A stretch of DNA of 64,000 nucleotides from a bacterium (GTDB lineage Bacteria; Hinthialibacterota; Hinthialibacteria; Hinthialibacterales; Hinthialibacteraceae): assembly GCA_963663405.2 (NCBI GenBank), contig CAXXSM010000140.1:1-64000 (forward strand). The letters run 5' to 3'. Every line of letters starts with the position of its first letter. The stretch's first letter is position 1. Below, piece after piece: positions 50,710 to 59,932 of the stretch. The notes under the pieces are model-generated. The model was not told the origin of the DNA, made no database searches, and was given only the letters and a program-made list of their open reading frames with translations. The translations under genes and the position numbers were made by a program.

Positions 50710-52593
50710 ATGAGGAAGAAACTTGTATCCGCAGTAGCGATCCTGACGTTTGCCTCGATCGCGCCGGCGTTTGCAGCGATTGGCATTTTTGACGCCAATG
50801 TGGACGTCGACAATGGTAGTCTCGGAGCGGCGGGAAGCGCAACCTATGACGCCGATTCTGACACCTACACTATTGAAGGCAGCGGTCAGGACACCTGGAA
50901 TGACGTTGGCAGCAATTTCCATTTCGTCTACAAAGAATGGAGCGGCGATTTCAACTTGGTCGCTGACGTCACTGTAGGTGGAAACGAAGGTCAGGATTGG
51001 ATTAAATCCATGCTGATGTGCGCTCAAGGCTTAGGCGGGTGGGACAATTACATCACGACCCGTGTTCGCCGGGACGGTCAGTACAGCACCCAGTGGCGTA
51101 CGGGAGGCGAAGGTTCGGATGGTAGTACCGCTTCAGATCTCCGCGTATCGGGTTTAAATCCAGCCACGCAGCGTTTGGAGCGTGTTGGTGATACGTTTAC
51201 TACGTATTACAAAGATGAAACCGGCGCTTGGGTTGTGATCGACAGCAATGAATGCGTGTTGACGGATCCAGTACTGGTCGGTTTTGGTGTTTGCGCTCAC
51301 GATTTAGGCGCGATCGCCACTGGCACATTCAGCAACGTGTACCTCGGTGTCAACGCGGTCGACGCGCCGGTGGGCGTGTTCGAGAATACCGTTACGCTGG
51401 ACGCGCTTGAGTACGATAATACCCCGCTTGCAGGTAGCATAACGGAAGCCGATGGTGTCTATACCATCTCTGGTGATGGCCGCGACATCTGGGACAATGG
51501 CGATGAAGGATTCTTCGCCTACACAGAACTGTCCGGCGCCAATTCCATTTCCGCTAAAGTGAAATGGATCAATGGTGGTATTGGAAATGACTGGTCTAAA
51601 ATTGGTGTGATGGTTCGTGAAAATGGAAACGATCCTGCGTCGAAACATTATTGGATCGAAATGCGGAGCGGCGCTGAAGATGCAGATGGTAATGCTCTTG
51701 GTGATCGCACTGACGCCCAGTGGCGTGATGCAACCGGACAGTCTTCTGGCAATGTCGAAATACCTTCGGATGGCGCAAATATGGCTTCAGTTGACGGAAT
51801 GTGGTTCCGTGTAACCCGTGAGGGCGATAACTTCACTTCTGAATATTCGATGGATGGAAGTGCGTGGTCCGTCGCCAACACAAGGTCTATTCCGATGCAG
51901 GATGAGGTCGCTTATGGTGTGATTATCACATCGCACTGTACAACGGCCGTAGAAGGCAATGAATTAGTCACAGCGGAAGTGAGTGATGTGCAGATCGAAG
52001 CCATTCCGGTTCCGGGCTATCGTTTCGATCATCCCGAATGGGTTCTCGAAGATGGCGTGATGAAAAACATCTCGACTGAACGTTTAGATCCCAAACACCT
52101 TTGGGTCAATCAAGACATTCCACAAGATTGTACGCTCAAATGTGATGTCAAAGTTGTGGAATGGAACGAAGGCGATGATTGGAGCCGTTGCGGAATCGGC
52201 GGACGGTTAGCGCCCGTAGACGGTAGAGTGGAAGGTCTCAATCTTCTCTTCCACCAAAATGCGGGTAACGTTCAATTCCTGAATGACTATTCCGGATGGG
52301 GACCGAATGCCGCTATACCGTGGGCGCCGGGAATCTGGTACACCTTGACATTGAATATCGAGGGAACCATGTTGTCAGGCAGTTTTGGCGTCAAAGGCGC
52401 TCCCCCGGTTGAAATGGAACCATGGGAATCCGCGGGAACTGTTCGTACGGGAACTGGATTCGGTCTGGCTGGCAACTCCGACGTGGGTGTAACCTATTAT
52501 GATAACTTCTCAATCAGCGTTGATGGCGAAGTGATCTTCAGTGATTCATTTGATGATCCTTCCTCTATGGCGAATTGGGAAATATTACAGTAA
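50710..52593 (+). CDS. Secreted protein with tandem ConA-like beta-sandwich domains
   Basis: Signal peptide AFA|A; two GxGxDxW…FxYxExSG…WxK…LxRxGxxF modules plus a third sandwich; ends SSMANWEILQ. Confidence 0.8.
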   Translation: MRKKLVSAVAILTFASIAPAFAAIGIFDANVDVDNGSLGAAGSATYDADSDTYTIEGSGQDTWNDVGSNFHFVYKEWSGDFNLVADVTVGGNEGQDWIKSMLMCAQGLGGWDNYITTRVRRDGQYSTQWRTGGEGSDGSTASDLRVSGLNPATQRLERVGDTFTTYYKDETGAWVVIDSNECVLTDPVLVGFGVCAHDLGAIATGTFSNVYLGVNAVDAPVGVFENTVTLDALEYDNTPLAGSITEADGVYTISGDGRDIWDNGDEGFFAYTELSGANSISAKVKWINGGIGNDWSKIGVMVRENGNDPASKHYWIEMRSGAEDADGNALGDRTDAQWRDATGQSSGNVEIPSDGANMASVDGMWFRVTREGDNFTSEYSMDGSAWSVANTRSIPMQDEVAYGVIITSHCTTAVEGNELVTAEVSDVQIEAIPVPGYRFDHPEWVLEDGVMKNISTERLDPKHLWVNQDIPQDCTLKCDVKVVEWNEGDDWSRCGIGGRLAPVDGRVEGLNLLFHQNAGNVQFLNDYSGWGPNAAIPWAPGIWYTLTLNIEGTMLSGSFGVKGAPPVEMEPWESAGTVRTGTGFGLAGNSDVGVTYYDNFSISVDGEVIFSDSFDDPSSMANWEILQ

Positions 52594-52619
52594 TTAGTAT
52601 CTCTTAGATTGCATTCATA

Positions 52620-52651
52620 CGGCCCGGTTTATATACCGGGCCGTTTTGTTT
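52620..52651 (+). terminator. Intrinsic terminator
   Basis: CGGCCCGGT-TTATAT-ACCGGGCCG followed by TTTTGTTT, between convergent genes. Confidence 0.8.
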
Positions 52652-52689
52652 GAATGCTATATTAAAATCTCTGAGTGTGTAATCAACCA

Positions 52690-54594
52690 TCACTCACTGG
52701 AAAGTTGTATCGATGAGTTCCATTCCACGTTTTGATCCGTCGTACGAACCATCAGAAAACTCATTTGTTGGTTGGCTGGATTATCGGGGCATACGCCGAT
52801 GAAAAATTCGAATGGGCGCTTTGATTGTGTTTGGATTGTCAACGTTCCGGGAACATCGCGCAGCTGATACGTTAAAGAAATCGTTTGAGCCACAGTTCCC
52901 GTTTTAATGTCCTTTAACATATCATAGCCCTGCCGCTGCTCAAAACCATCATACGGTTTTTGGGGAAGGGAACATTTGATTAATTCGCCCCGGAAATGAT
53001 AAAAGAGATCATATTGATGTTCGTCTTTGGATTGAGCGGTAACACGATCGAGAATTCCGTCCGATTGCAGAGTGATAGAACGGCGAATATCAACTCCATC
53101 GAAGGCGTCTTTCACACCCGCCTCGACATGAGTAGGGCTGTAATCAATATAATACCCATCACAACGCTTCTGCCGCTTCTCATCCACGATCAATAGATTA
53201 TGAGACGCCGGCGCGCGGAACCATTTTCCATTCAGGGGAATCCCGTATCCGGAGGTGCCTAAATCGGGGATAATGAATCGGCCGTTACCGAACAGAATCA
53301 GATTCAACCGATCATAATGATCGTGACCACCACCATATGGGCTGAATTTCAGAAGCGCATTGACTGATTCATTTCGCAGAATGGCGATCCCGGATTCTTT
53401 AAACAGAACGCTTTCAAGAGGCAGGTCTTGATTTTTAGGGATCTCAGACGGGCCATACAGAAGAGCGTTCAACGAATCCCGGGATTTATTCCGGTAGATC
53501 GCGGCCAATGTTGAGAGGAATTGAGAATCATGGGTCATCGCATAGGCGGCTTCAAAGTACGAATCCATGTTTTCAATATTAATGCGAGTCCAACCATCGT
53601 TCATCGCTGGAAATTCACCGTTTGGAAACGCGAATTGGATGGGGGCGGAGTACATACGGAAAAATTTCCCGGTTCCTTCAAGTGGATAGTTTTGCGCTTT
53701 CGCCGCAAGATATAATGGCTGCATCGATTGGATCGTATAAAAATGATATCCGATGGAGCCTTCATACCAAAATCCATCTTCGATGATCCCTTTTTGGATT
53801 TGCTGTTTTAAACCATGCGGTCCGTCAATTGCTTGTTGTACCAATTCACAATCGCCCACAGCGAAACCAACCAAACCTACAGCTGAATTGTGCCAACTGT
53901 GAATATTGTGAATACGATTTGTCTGTTGATGAATGAATTTCGCATCGGGAATTAAAAATTTCGTGGTGATTGTTTCCCGGTCTTCGCCGCATAAATCTTT
54001 GCAGATATCCCAATACGCATGGGCTAAACGTACCAATTGCGTCGCTTCATCCAAAGATTGTTCGCGAATCCAGCCTTTTCCAGCATGATTGCCATGCGAT
54101 TCAAATTCATTGAAATGAACGGCGTACCAGAGCAGCGTTTCTTTGACGTAATTGAAATACTTTGTATCGCCTGTAATGCAATAGAGCGCTCCGGCTTGTT
54201 CGGCGGCGGTGGCGATACTGCTATGAACGAGAGACCGCCAGCAGTCATCATATGGAGAGCCGCTGTATACGTGGCCGCATTGGGGGCAGACGTGCTCATG
54301 CGGCTTTTGTGGATCAAATCGCAACCGGTTCGCGTCTTCATCACAATAATATTCATGCAACCAGCCCGTCGTTCCCAATGGGGGAGTTTTGTGCAACGAT
54401 TGCGTTCGATTTACATTGCGTTTCAGATCCTCTACGATCGCTTGCGCCCATGCCCAGGTCTCGATTTTCTGTCGTACTGCTTTCCAGTCGATCCCTCTCG
54501 AACCAGGATCGGAGAGCGGAGCGGAAACGGAAGTGGATGCGAAAAAAAATGCGATCAAAAACGATTGGATAAACGATTTGTATGTCATTGCCAT
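52690..54594 (-). CDS. Heparinase II/III-family polysaccharide lyase (oligo-alginate-lyase-like)
   Basis: Signal peptide; IHNIHSW, DGFWYEGSIGYHFY, GGHDHYDRL, DLGTSGY, ASHN. Confidence 0.85.
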   Translation of the reverse strand: MAMTYKSFIQSFLIAFFFASTSVSAPLSDPGSRGIDWKAVRQKIETWAWAQAIVEDLKRNVNRTQSLHKTPPLGTTGWLHEYYCDEDANRLRFDPQKPHEHVCPQCGHVYSGSPYDDCWRSLVHSSIATAAEQAGALYCITGDTKYFNYVKETLLWYAVHFNEFESHGNHAGKGWIREQSLDEATQLVRLAHAYWDICKDLCGEDRETITTKFLIPDAKFIHQQTNRIHNIHSWHNSAVGLVGFAVGDCELVQQAIDGPHGLKQQIQKGIIEDGFWYEGSIGYHFYTIQSMQPLYLAAKAQNYPLEGTGKFFRMYSAPIQFAFPNGEFPAMNDGWTRINIENMDSYFEAAYAMTHDSQFLSTLAAIYRNKSRDSLNALLYGPSEIPKNQDLPLESVLFKESGIAILRNESVNALLKFSPYGGGHDHYDRLNLILFGNGRFIIPDLGTSGYGIPLNGKWFRAPASHNLLIVDEKRQKRCDGYYIDYSPTHVEAGVKDAFDGVDIRRSITLQSDGILDRVTAQSKDEHQYDLFYHFRGELIKCSLPQKPYDGFEQRQGYDMLKDIKTGTVAQTISLTYQLRDVPGTLTIQTQSKRPFEFFIGVCPDNPANQQMSFLMVRTTDQNVEWNSSIQLSSE

Positions 54595-54909
54595 TCTCCT
54601 CAGTTATTATATTGATTTCATACCAATTTGATGGAGTTCTTAAATCCTATAGAGGATAGCAAGAAATCAAAGTTTTTGGACAGGGAAGGGAATTAGGTCC
54701 GGTACTGATTCATCATGAGAGAGATATCCTCATTCTATTCGATTGATTCTGCAGATAAAAAACAGAGAAAACTTGTACTCCTTATAAAAAGTGAGTACTC
54801 TTGCTAAATAATTACTTTTAAATTCGTTTTCGATTGATCTTACTCGGTTTATTGGAACTTATTCTTTGTATGAAAAGAATCCGTCCAGGTGAAAGAAACT
54901 CAATACATC

Positions 54910-56097
54910 ATGAAAAAGAAAAACAATTCATTTCCTACATCGGAAGAGATTGTAGAGATCCTTAGTAAAAAAAATGAAGCTCTTGCTCGATTGTTGACGG
55001 ATGAACTTCTTGAATTAATGATGGCGAACGCTGTGGTGAAGCGGTATCCCGTCGGCAAAGAAATTATTAAGCAGCATAAACCATCTGATTCTCTTTATAT
55101 CGTTTTAGAAGGACGCTGTCATGTGTTAATCAATGATGAGTTGATCAGCCAAATGGAAACGGGAGATTTATTTGGTGAGATGGGCGTGATTCAAAATATG
55201 CCAAGAAGCGCGACAGTCATTACGACGGAAAAAACCCGCGCGCTTCGAATTCCCGGCGCCGATTTTAAAAAGATGTTATATAATCCGAAATTGGCTCAGT
55301 GGATAATGGTTCTCCTGACCGATCGCTTAAAACGCAGTTCCCTTGACGCTGTCCGCGCAATGAAAGAAAAAGAGGAGATTCTTCAGGACCAAATAGAACT
55401 GGCGCGCGTGCAACGCTCGCTATTGCCCAATGAACTGCCAACCGATATGCGTGTCCGGCTGCAAGTGCTGTATTCTCCCTGTACATACGCCGGAGGGGAT
55501 TATTATGATTCGATTTTACTCGATCATGATCGTCTTCTGCTAATCGTCGCGGATGTCACAGGACATGGGGCCCAAGCTTCCATTTCCATGGCGATTGTGC
55601 GCTCCTTTATTCATCAGCCCAACATAGGAAAAAGAGCGTCAACCATTCTCAAACGATTGAATAACTATCTTTTGGAATACGGTCCCTCACAACATTTTGT
55701 CACCGCGCAGGTTGCAATCCTGGATTTAAATACGCGGAAACTCCAATACGCGTACGCAGGGCATCCTCCGATTTTGCTTTTGCGGAATGGTGTTTGCAAA
55801 CCACTGCCCGCGCCCCGCGCTTATTTTCTCCGTTTTCATTGGGACGCGTCATATGAATACTCGACAATTTCATTGAAACCTGGAGACCGGATCGCCCTTT
55901 TCACGGACGGAGTTGTCGAGACCTTCAATCCTTCGGGCGCGATGTTCAACATGGAAGGATTACAGAATTTAATCGTGAATACACGAATGAAATCCCTTCC
56001 GGAAATTCCTTCTCTATTAGAAGCGGAACTAAAACGCTTCCGGAAAGGCAGTCCCGTAGAGGATGATATTACATTTCTAGTGGCGGAAATACAATGA
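54910..56097 (+). CDS. cNMP-binding domain fused to a PP2C (SpoIIE/RsbU) phosphatase
   Basis: GDLFGEMG…PRSATV (cNMP); GGDYYD, ADVTGHG, AGHPP, FTDGVVE, DDIT (PP2C). Confidence 0.92.
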   Translation: MKKKNNSFPTSEEIVEILSKKNEALARLLTDELLELMMANAVVKRYPVGKEIIKQHKPSDSLYIVLEGRCHVLINDELISQMETGDLFGEMGVIQNMPRSATVITTEKTRALRIPGADFKKMLYNPKLAQWIMVLLTDRLKRSSLDAVRAMKEKEEILQDQIELARVQRSLLPNELPTDMRVRLQVLYSPCTYAGGDYYDSILLDHDRLLLIVADVTGHGAQASISMAIVRSFIHQPNIGKRASTILKRLNNYLLEYGPSQHFVTAQVAILDLNTRKLQYAYAGHPPILLLRNGVCKPLPAPRAYFLRFHWDASYEYSTISLKPGDRIALFTDGVVETFNPSGAMFNMEGLQNLIVNTRMKSLPEIPSLLEAELKRFRKGSPVEDDITFLVAEIQ

Positions 56098-56140
56098 TGA
56101 CAGGTGGGCCGCTTTACCTATTCACATTAGTAGAATTTTT

Positions 56141-56818
56141 TTATGAATTCTTCGCGGTGATCTGGCTGTAGTCCAATCGGATTTCAATTCTCCGGTTGAT
56201 TTTGGATTCGATTTTATCTTCGAGGGGCTGGTATTCGCCATAACCGATCGCGGAGATGCGATTCATTTCTAATTTTACATTTGTATTATCCTCTTGAGAT
56301 AGTTGGTGAAACAAGCGGACAACCGCTAAAGCCCGTTCACTGGACAATTCCCAATTATCCTCGTAGCGGCCACTATGGATAGGCAGGCGGTCTGTATGCC
56401 CTTCCACTTCAATTAACAACTTGGGATGACCATATTCGGTTAGAAATTGCGCGAGGTGGGTTAAGACTTCCCTTCCTCTTGGTTGTAGATTGGCTTCCCC
56501 TTTCACAAATACAATGTCAGCAGAGAAACGTAATCGTTGTAAACTGCCTTTTCTCTCTTCTGTAATGGCGCCTTTTTCAATGGCTTCTTGAAAGATTGAG
56601 TTTTCTCTGAACTGCCGCCAAAACAACTCTTGTTGCTGTTTTCGTGTGAGTTCATCAAAAACCTGGGACAATTCCAAGAACTGCGCGACTAACATAAAGA
56701 CAAAAAACAAAACGAGAGCCATGGAAATATCCGAAAAGACAGGCCATACATCATCCGTGCTTGAATAGGCGCTGTCAATGAATGGATCGTGTCGATATCT
56801 ATGGTTGCGTTTGCTCAT
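56141..56818 (-). CDS. ZorB/MotB-like protein (TM helix with conserved Asp plus OmpA-like peptidoglycan-binding domain)
   Basis: WPVFSD (Asp30) before the TM; IEVEGHTD, NWELSSERA, GYGEYQP, NRRIEI. Confidence 0.88.
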   Translation of the reverse strand: MSKRNHRYRHDPFIDSAYSSTDDVWPVFSDISMALVLFFVFMLVAQFLELSQVFDELTRKQQQELFWRQFRENSIFQEAIEKGAITEERKGSLQRLRFSADIVFVKGEANLQPRGREVLTHLAQFLTEYGHPKLLIEVEGHTDRLPIHSGRYEDNWELSSERALAVVRLFHQLSQEDNTNVKLEMNRISAIGYGEYQPLEDKIESKINRRIEIRLDYSQITAKNS

Positions 56819-56826
56819 GAAAACAT

Positions 56827-58683
56827 TTATCTTTTCGGTTTCAAAAATGTAAATAGATTAGAAATTCTCTGTCCCCATCGTATGTTTTTCTCACGGATCG
56901 ATTGAGTAAGAAGCAGAAGCGCTTGTGTTGTTTTTCGTAATTCCGCATGCAATGAATCCTGCTCTTGATTGGTTTCAGAAGATTGTTTTGTTCGCGTGGA
57001 TTCACTGATTGACGTTGACAATTCATTGGATGGCGCATTCGGAATGTTAGCAAGGTTTGTTTGATTTACATTCATTTCATCAACGCTGTCTTTTAATAGA
57101 TTCCATGATTCGATTGATGTGGAATCACGATTGATCCGCTCTAAAATCTTGGCCGCTTTATCCATTTTCTTGTGTATCGCGATCATTTCTGTTTTGATTT
57201 CAATCAGTGGATTCACAATTACATTCGGGAAGACCGATAATTTGTTATTCAAGTTTTTCAGTGGGAAGTGCGCCGCTTGTTCTTCCAATCCTTTTTGCAA
57301 AGAATCAACATGTTCCCGGATTGATTCCACCGTGTGTGCAAGAAGCGCCGCTGGTGGACGAAATTCGGCAGTGAATCTATCTGATTGATCGGCCATCCAC
57401 GCTTTCATGTCATCCAATCGGATTTGTACATCACGTATCGTAGTCTTTAAATCGGATAGATTCGAGATCCCCTCGTTTTGAATTTGTGATAAATTGACAT
57501 CCATGTCAGAAGACGCCTGATCAATGCTGGATTGCAGGCGGTTCAGCGCAGGAACAATTTGCTGTATTTGTTCTAGTTCTTTGCTATTGAATTCTGTAAT
57601 TTGTGACCAGTGTTTCGCAAGTTCCTGCTCCAACACCTTTCCGATTGTTTTAACGACTTCTAACCGGAGTTCACTTTCAGGTGTAATTTTCGCGATGGTA
57701 TCATTGAGCTGATTGATACGTTCGCGCATAAAACCGAGTACATGATTTGTTTTTTCCGCGGCGTCAGAAAAATAACCGGCTGCGTGTTCTAAGCGATCGA
57801 TGACTTCTTGTATATTGATTTGTCGATCCGCCGCAGTTTGTACAGCGGAGACCAATTGCACGCAGAGTTGGTTGATCGCATTGGATGTGCTTTCCACTGT
57901 TTCTGTGAAGGTCTTTTCCACTACTTGGCGGCTGACGGTTTCCACCATTTCTCGAATCGATTGCAGTAAATCATCATTATCCGGCGCCGCCAGTGGCACA
58001 ATGGATGTAGTCAAGATCGTATCCACTTGTTTGAGTAAATGATTGTTCATCCAGCGGGAAGCGATTAAAAGCGGTGATAGAACCACTGCGCCGATGACTC
58101 CAAATAATGTGGTTGTAAAGGCCGTGCCCAATCCGGAAAGTGTATTTCGTAATGGTTCACGCAGGTTTTCAATACTTGTGAGGGATTCGATATCAAAATA
58201 TACATTTTGAATAGCCATCGTGAGACCGATCAATGTGCCGATCAGGCCTAATAAAATACACATGCGTTGAAACAATTGTAACAATCCTACAGGCTTGTAA
58301 CGCGCAAGGCTTAATTCCACGACATCATCGACTAACCGGCGCGCAGAATGGCGATCAAGCCGTTCAATCATTCGAATTGCATTTTTAAGGACAGGGACAT
58401 GCCAACAGATTTTTCGCAATCGTGCAATTGTATCTTCTGTGCCGGAAGAAGTTGAATTCATTTTTGAAATACGGCTATGAATCCAACGGATAGCGGCGAT
58501 CGTATATCCCCGCCATGAAAATTGAATGAGAAATAGGATAAATCCTATATCCACTATCCAGCGGATTATAAAAATAATGTATTCCGCTTCAGCAGATAAA
58601 GAAGTGAAGATACTTTTTTGAAAGTCAATTGGCAAAAAAGAAAACAAAAAATCAGTCAGCATTGAACTGTATCCAGTTGACAT
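56827..58683 (-). CDS. ZorA-like MotA/TolQ/ExbB channel with a ~400-aa helical cytoplasmic tail
   Basis: Three TM segments (about aa 36-57, 142-158, 186-207); LLGLIGTLIGL and GLGTAFTTTLFG motifs; long heptad-rich tail. Confidence 0.82.
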   Translation of the reverse strand: MSTGYSSMLTDFLFSFLPIDFQKSIFTSLSAEAEYIIFIIRWIVDIGFILFLIQFSWRGYTIAAIRWIHSRISKMNSTSSGTEDTIARLRKICWHVPVLKNAIRMIERLDRHSARRLVDDVVELSLARYKPVGLLQLFQRMCILLGLIGTLIGLTMAIQNVYFDIESLTSIENLREPLRNTLSGLGTAFTTTLFGVIGAVVLSPLLIASRWMNNHLLKQVDTILTTSIVPLAAPDNDDLLQSIREMVETVSRQVVEKTFTETVESTSNAINQLCVQLVSAVQTAADRQINIQEVIDRLEHAAGYFSDAAEKTNHVLGFMRERINQLNDTIAKITPESELRLEVVKTIGKVLEQELAKHWSQITEFNSKELEQIQQIVPALNRLQSSIDQASSDMDVNLSQIQNEGISNLSDLKTTIRDVQIRLDDMKAWMADQSDRFTAEFRPPAALLAHTVESIREHVDSLQKGLEEQAAHFPLKNLNNKLSVFPNVIVNPLIEIKTEMIAIHKKMDKAAKILERINRDSTSIESWNLLKDSVDEMNVNQTNLANIPNAPSNELSTSISESTRTKQSSETNQEQDSLHAELRKTTQALLLLTQSIREKNIRWGQRISNLFTFLKPKR

Positions 58684-59924
58684 GAATGTGTTTTGAGCAC
58701 AGGTAGATAAGCGATCGAATGATCCCGCCTGTTATGTATTGTGATAATATCGGTCCATAAATCCTGCGAAGGTCTACAGGGAAGATACAAGGTTGTTCGT
58801 ATTGGATCAGAATCGTCCATTTCTACTTCTGTATTTTCTAATTCTGGTGGGAAATAGAATAGTAAATCCATACCATCTCCACGAACATCATTAATGGATT
58901 TGACAAGAATAGAGACGATCTGATTGTCCGTATTCCAATTGATCAAAGGTGGAAAAATATTGAGTCTTTGACGCTTAGGGAATTGAATGATGCGCTTGCG
59001 ATTTGTGATAATCGTTTCATCTGTTTCAACAGTTACGTTATAGGAAAATATATCTGAGTCACGACCGCAGGAAAGTTCGATTGTATTAATCGGAGAAGTG
59101 TTAGACAATAATAAATCTTGTTTTATGTGCGTCTTTCCACCCTTTTTCCGTATCCTCGCTTTAACAGGCCGTTCTCCGATTAATTTTAATCTTAACGTAT
59201 ATCGATCGAGATGCTCATCATCAAATTTATCCAACTGATGTTCTATCGTAACCATTGGCGATTGCAAGAGAAAGACAATAGTTGTTTCGAGTTCTGGAAT
59301 TGATAATCGGTAACGTATAGGTAAATTCGTTGTCGGTAAATCTGTATTCGTTGGATATCGCACTAAGAACGTATTTTTTGTAGTCTTATCACACTCAATA
59401 TAGAGACCCAGCGGATTTTTATTAAGTAAATTCAGTAATAAAGGCTGTGGCATTGAAATCAGAAAACCAGGATTAAACATAACATAACTTAAAATTCCTC
59501 GAGAATATAGATAAACATTATGCCGAATTGAGGGGAGAGGGCTTGATAGACGTTTTTCATTCGTAACAATTCCAATTTTTAGATCCCTTATTACTTCATC
59601 AAATCGCAGCCAAATCCCTTCCGTTGAGTCCCACTCGTATTGGATCGGATAATCCTGTATATAGCCATTCCTATCTAAAATGTATTTACCTGCAATCCAT
59701 CGATTTTTAGAGAGCGCTCCAATACAGAATTGACCATTTCCACCAGTTACCAATGTTAGCTCAGAATGAGATTGGAGACGAACCTTGTATGTTTCGGATA
59801 GAGGCAATTTCGGTGGGATATGACCTAAAGGTTCTAGTTGTAAACGATCGATATCTACGGGTGTGGCAATGACTCCCGAATTGGTCCAGATTGTTTCATT
59901 CAATGAAAAAGATATGTCATTCAT
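58656..59924 (-). CDS. Hypothetical beta-rich protein in the ZorAB-like operon
   Basis: 422-aa ORF, 8 bp from the upstream gene and overlapping the zorA-like start; no signal peptide or known motif. Confidence 0.75.
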   Translation of the reverse strand: MNDISFSLNETIWTNSGVIATPVDIDRLQLEPLGHIPPKLPLSETYKVRLQSHSELTLVTGGNGQFCIGALSKNRWIAGKYILDRNGYIQDYPIQYEWDSTEGIWLRFDEVIRDLKIGIVTNEKRLSSPLPSIRHNVYLYSRGILSYVMFNPGFLISMPQPLLLNLLNKNPLGLYIECDKTTKNTFLVRYPTNTDLPTTNLPIRYRLSIPELETTIVFLLQSPMVTIEHQLDKFDDEHLDRYTLRLKLIGERPVKARIRKKGGKTHIKQDLLLSNTSPINTIELSCGRDSDIFSYNVTVETDETIITNRKRIIQFPKRQRLNIFPPLINWNTDNQIVSILVKSINDVRGDGMDLLFYFPPELENTEVEMDDSDPIRTTLYLPCRPSQDLWTDIITIHNRRDHSIAYLPVLKTHSCQLDTVQC

Positions 59925-59932
59925 GAGCGCAA

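Noticed and set aside
56141-58683. Flagellar stator motAB, or exbBD/tolQR
   Set aside because: The A subunit has a ~400-aa C-terminal helical tail, the B subunit has an OmpA domain (unlike ExbD/TolR), and no flagellar, tonB or tol genes are adjacent.
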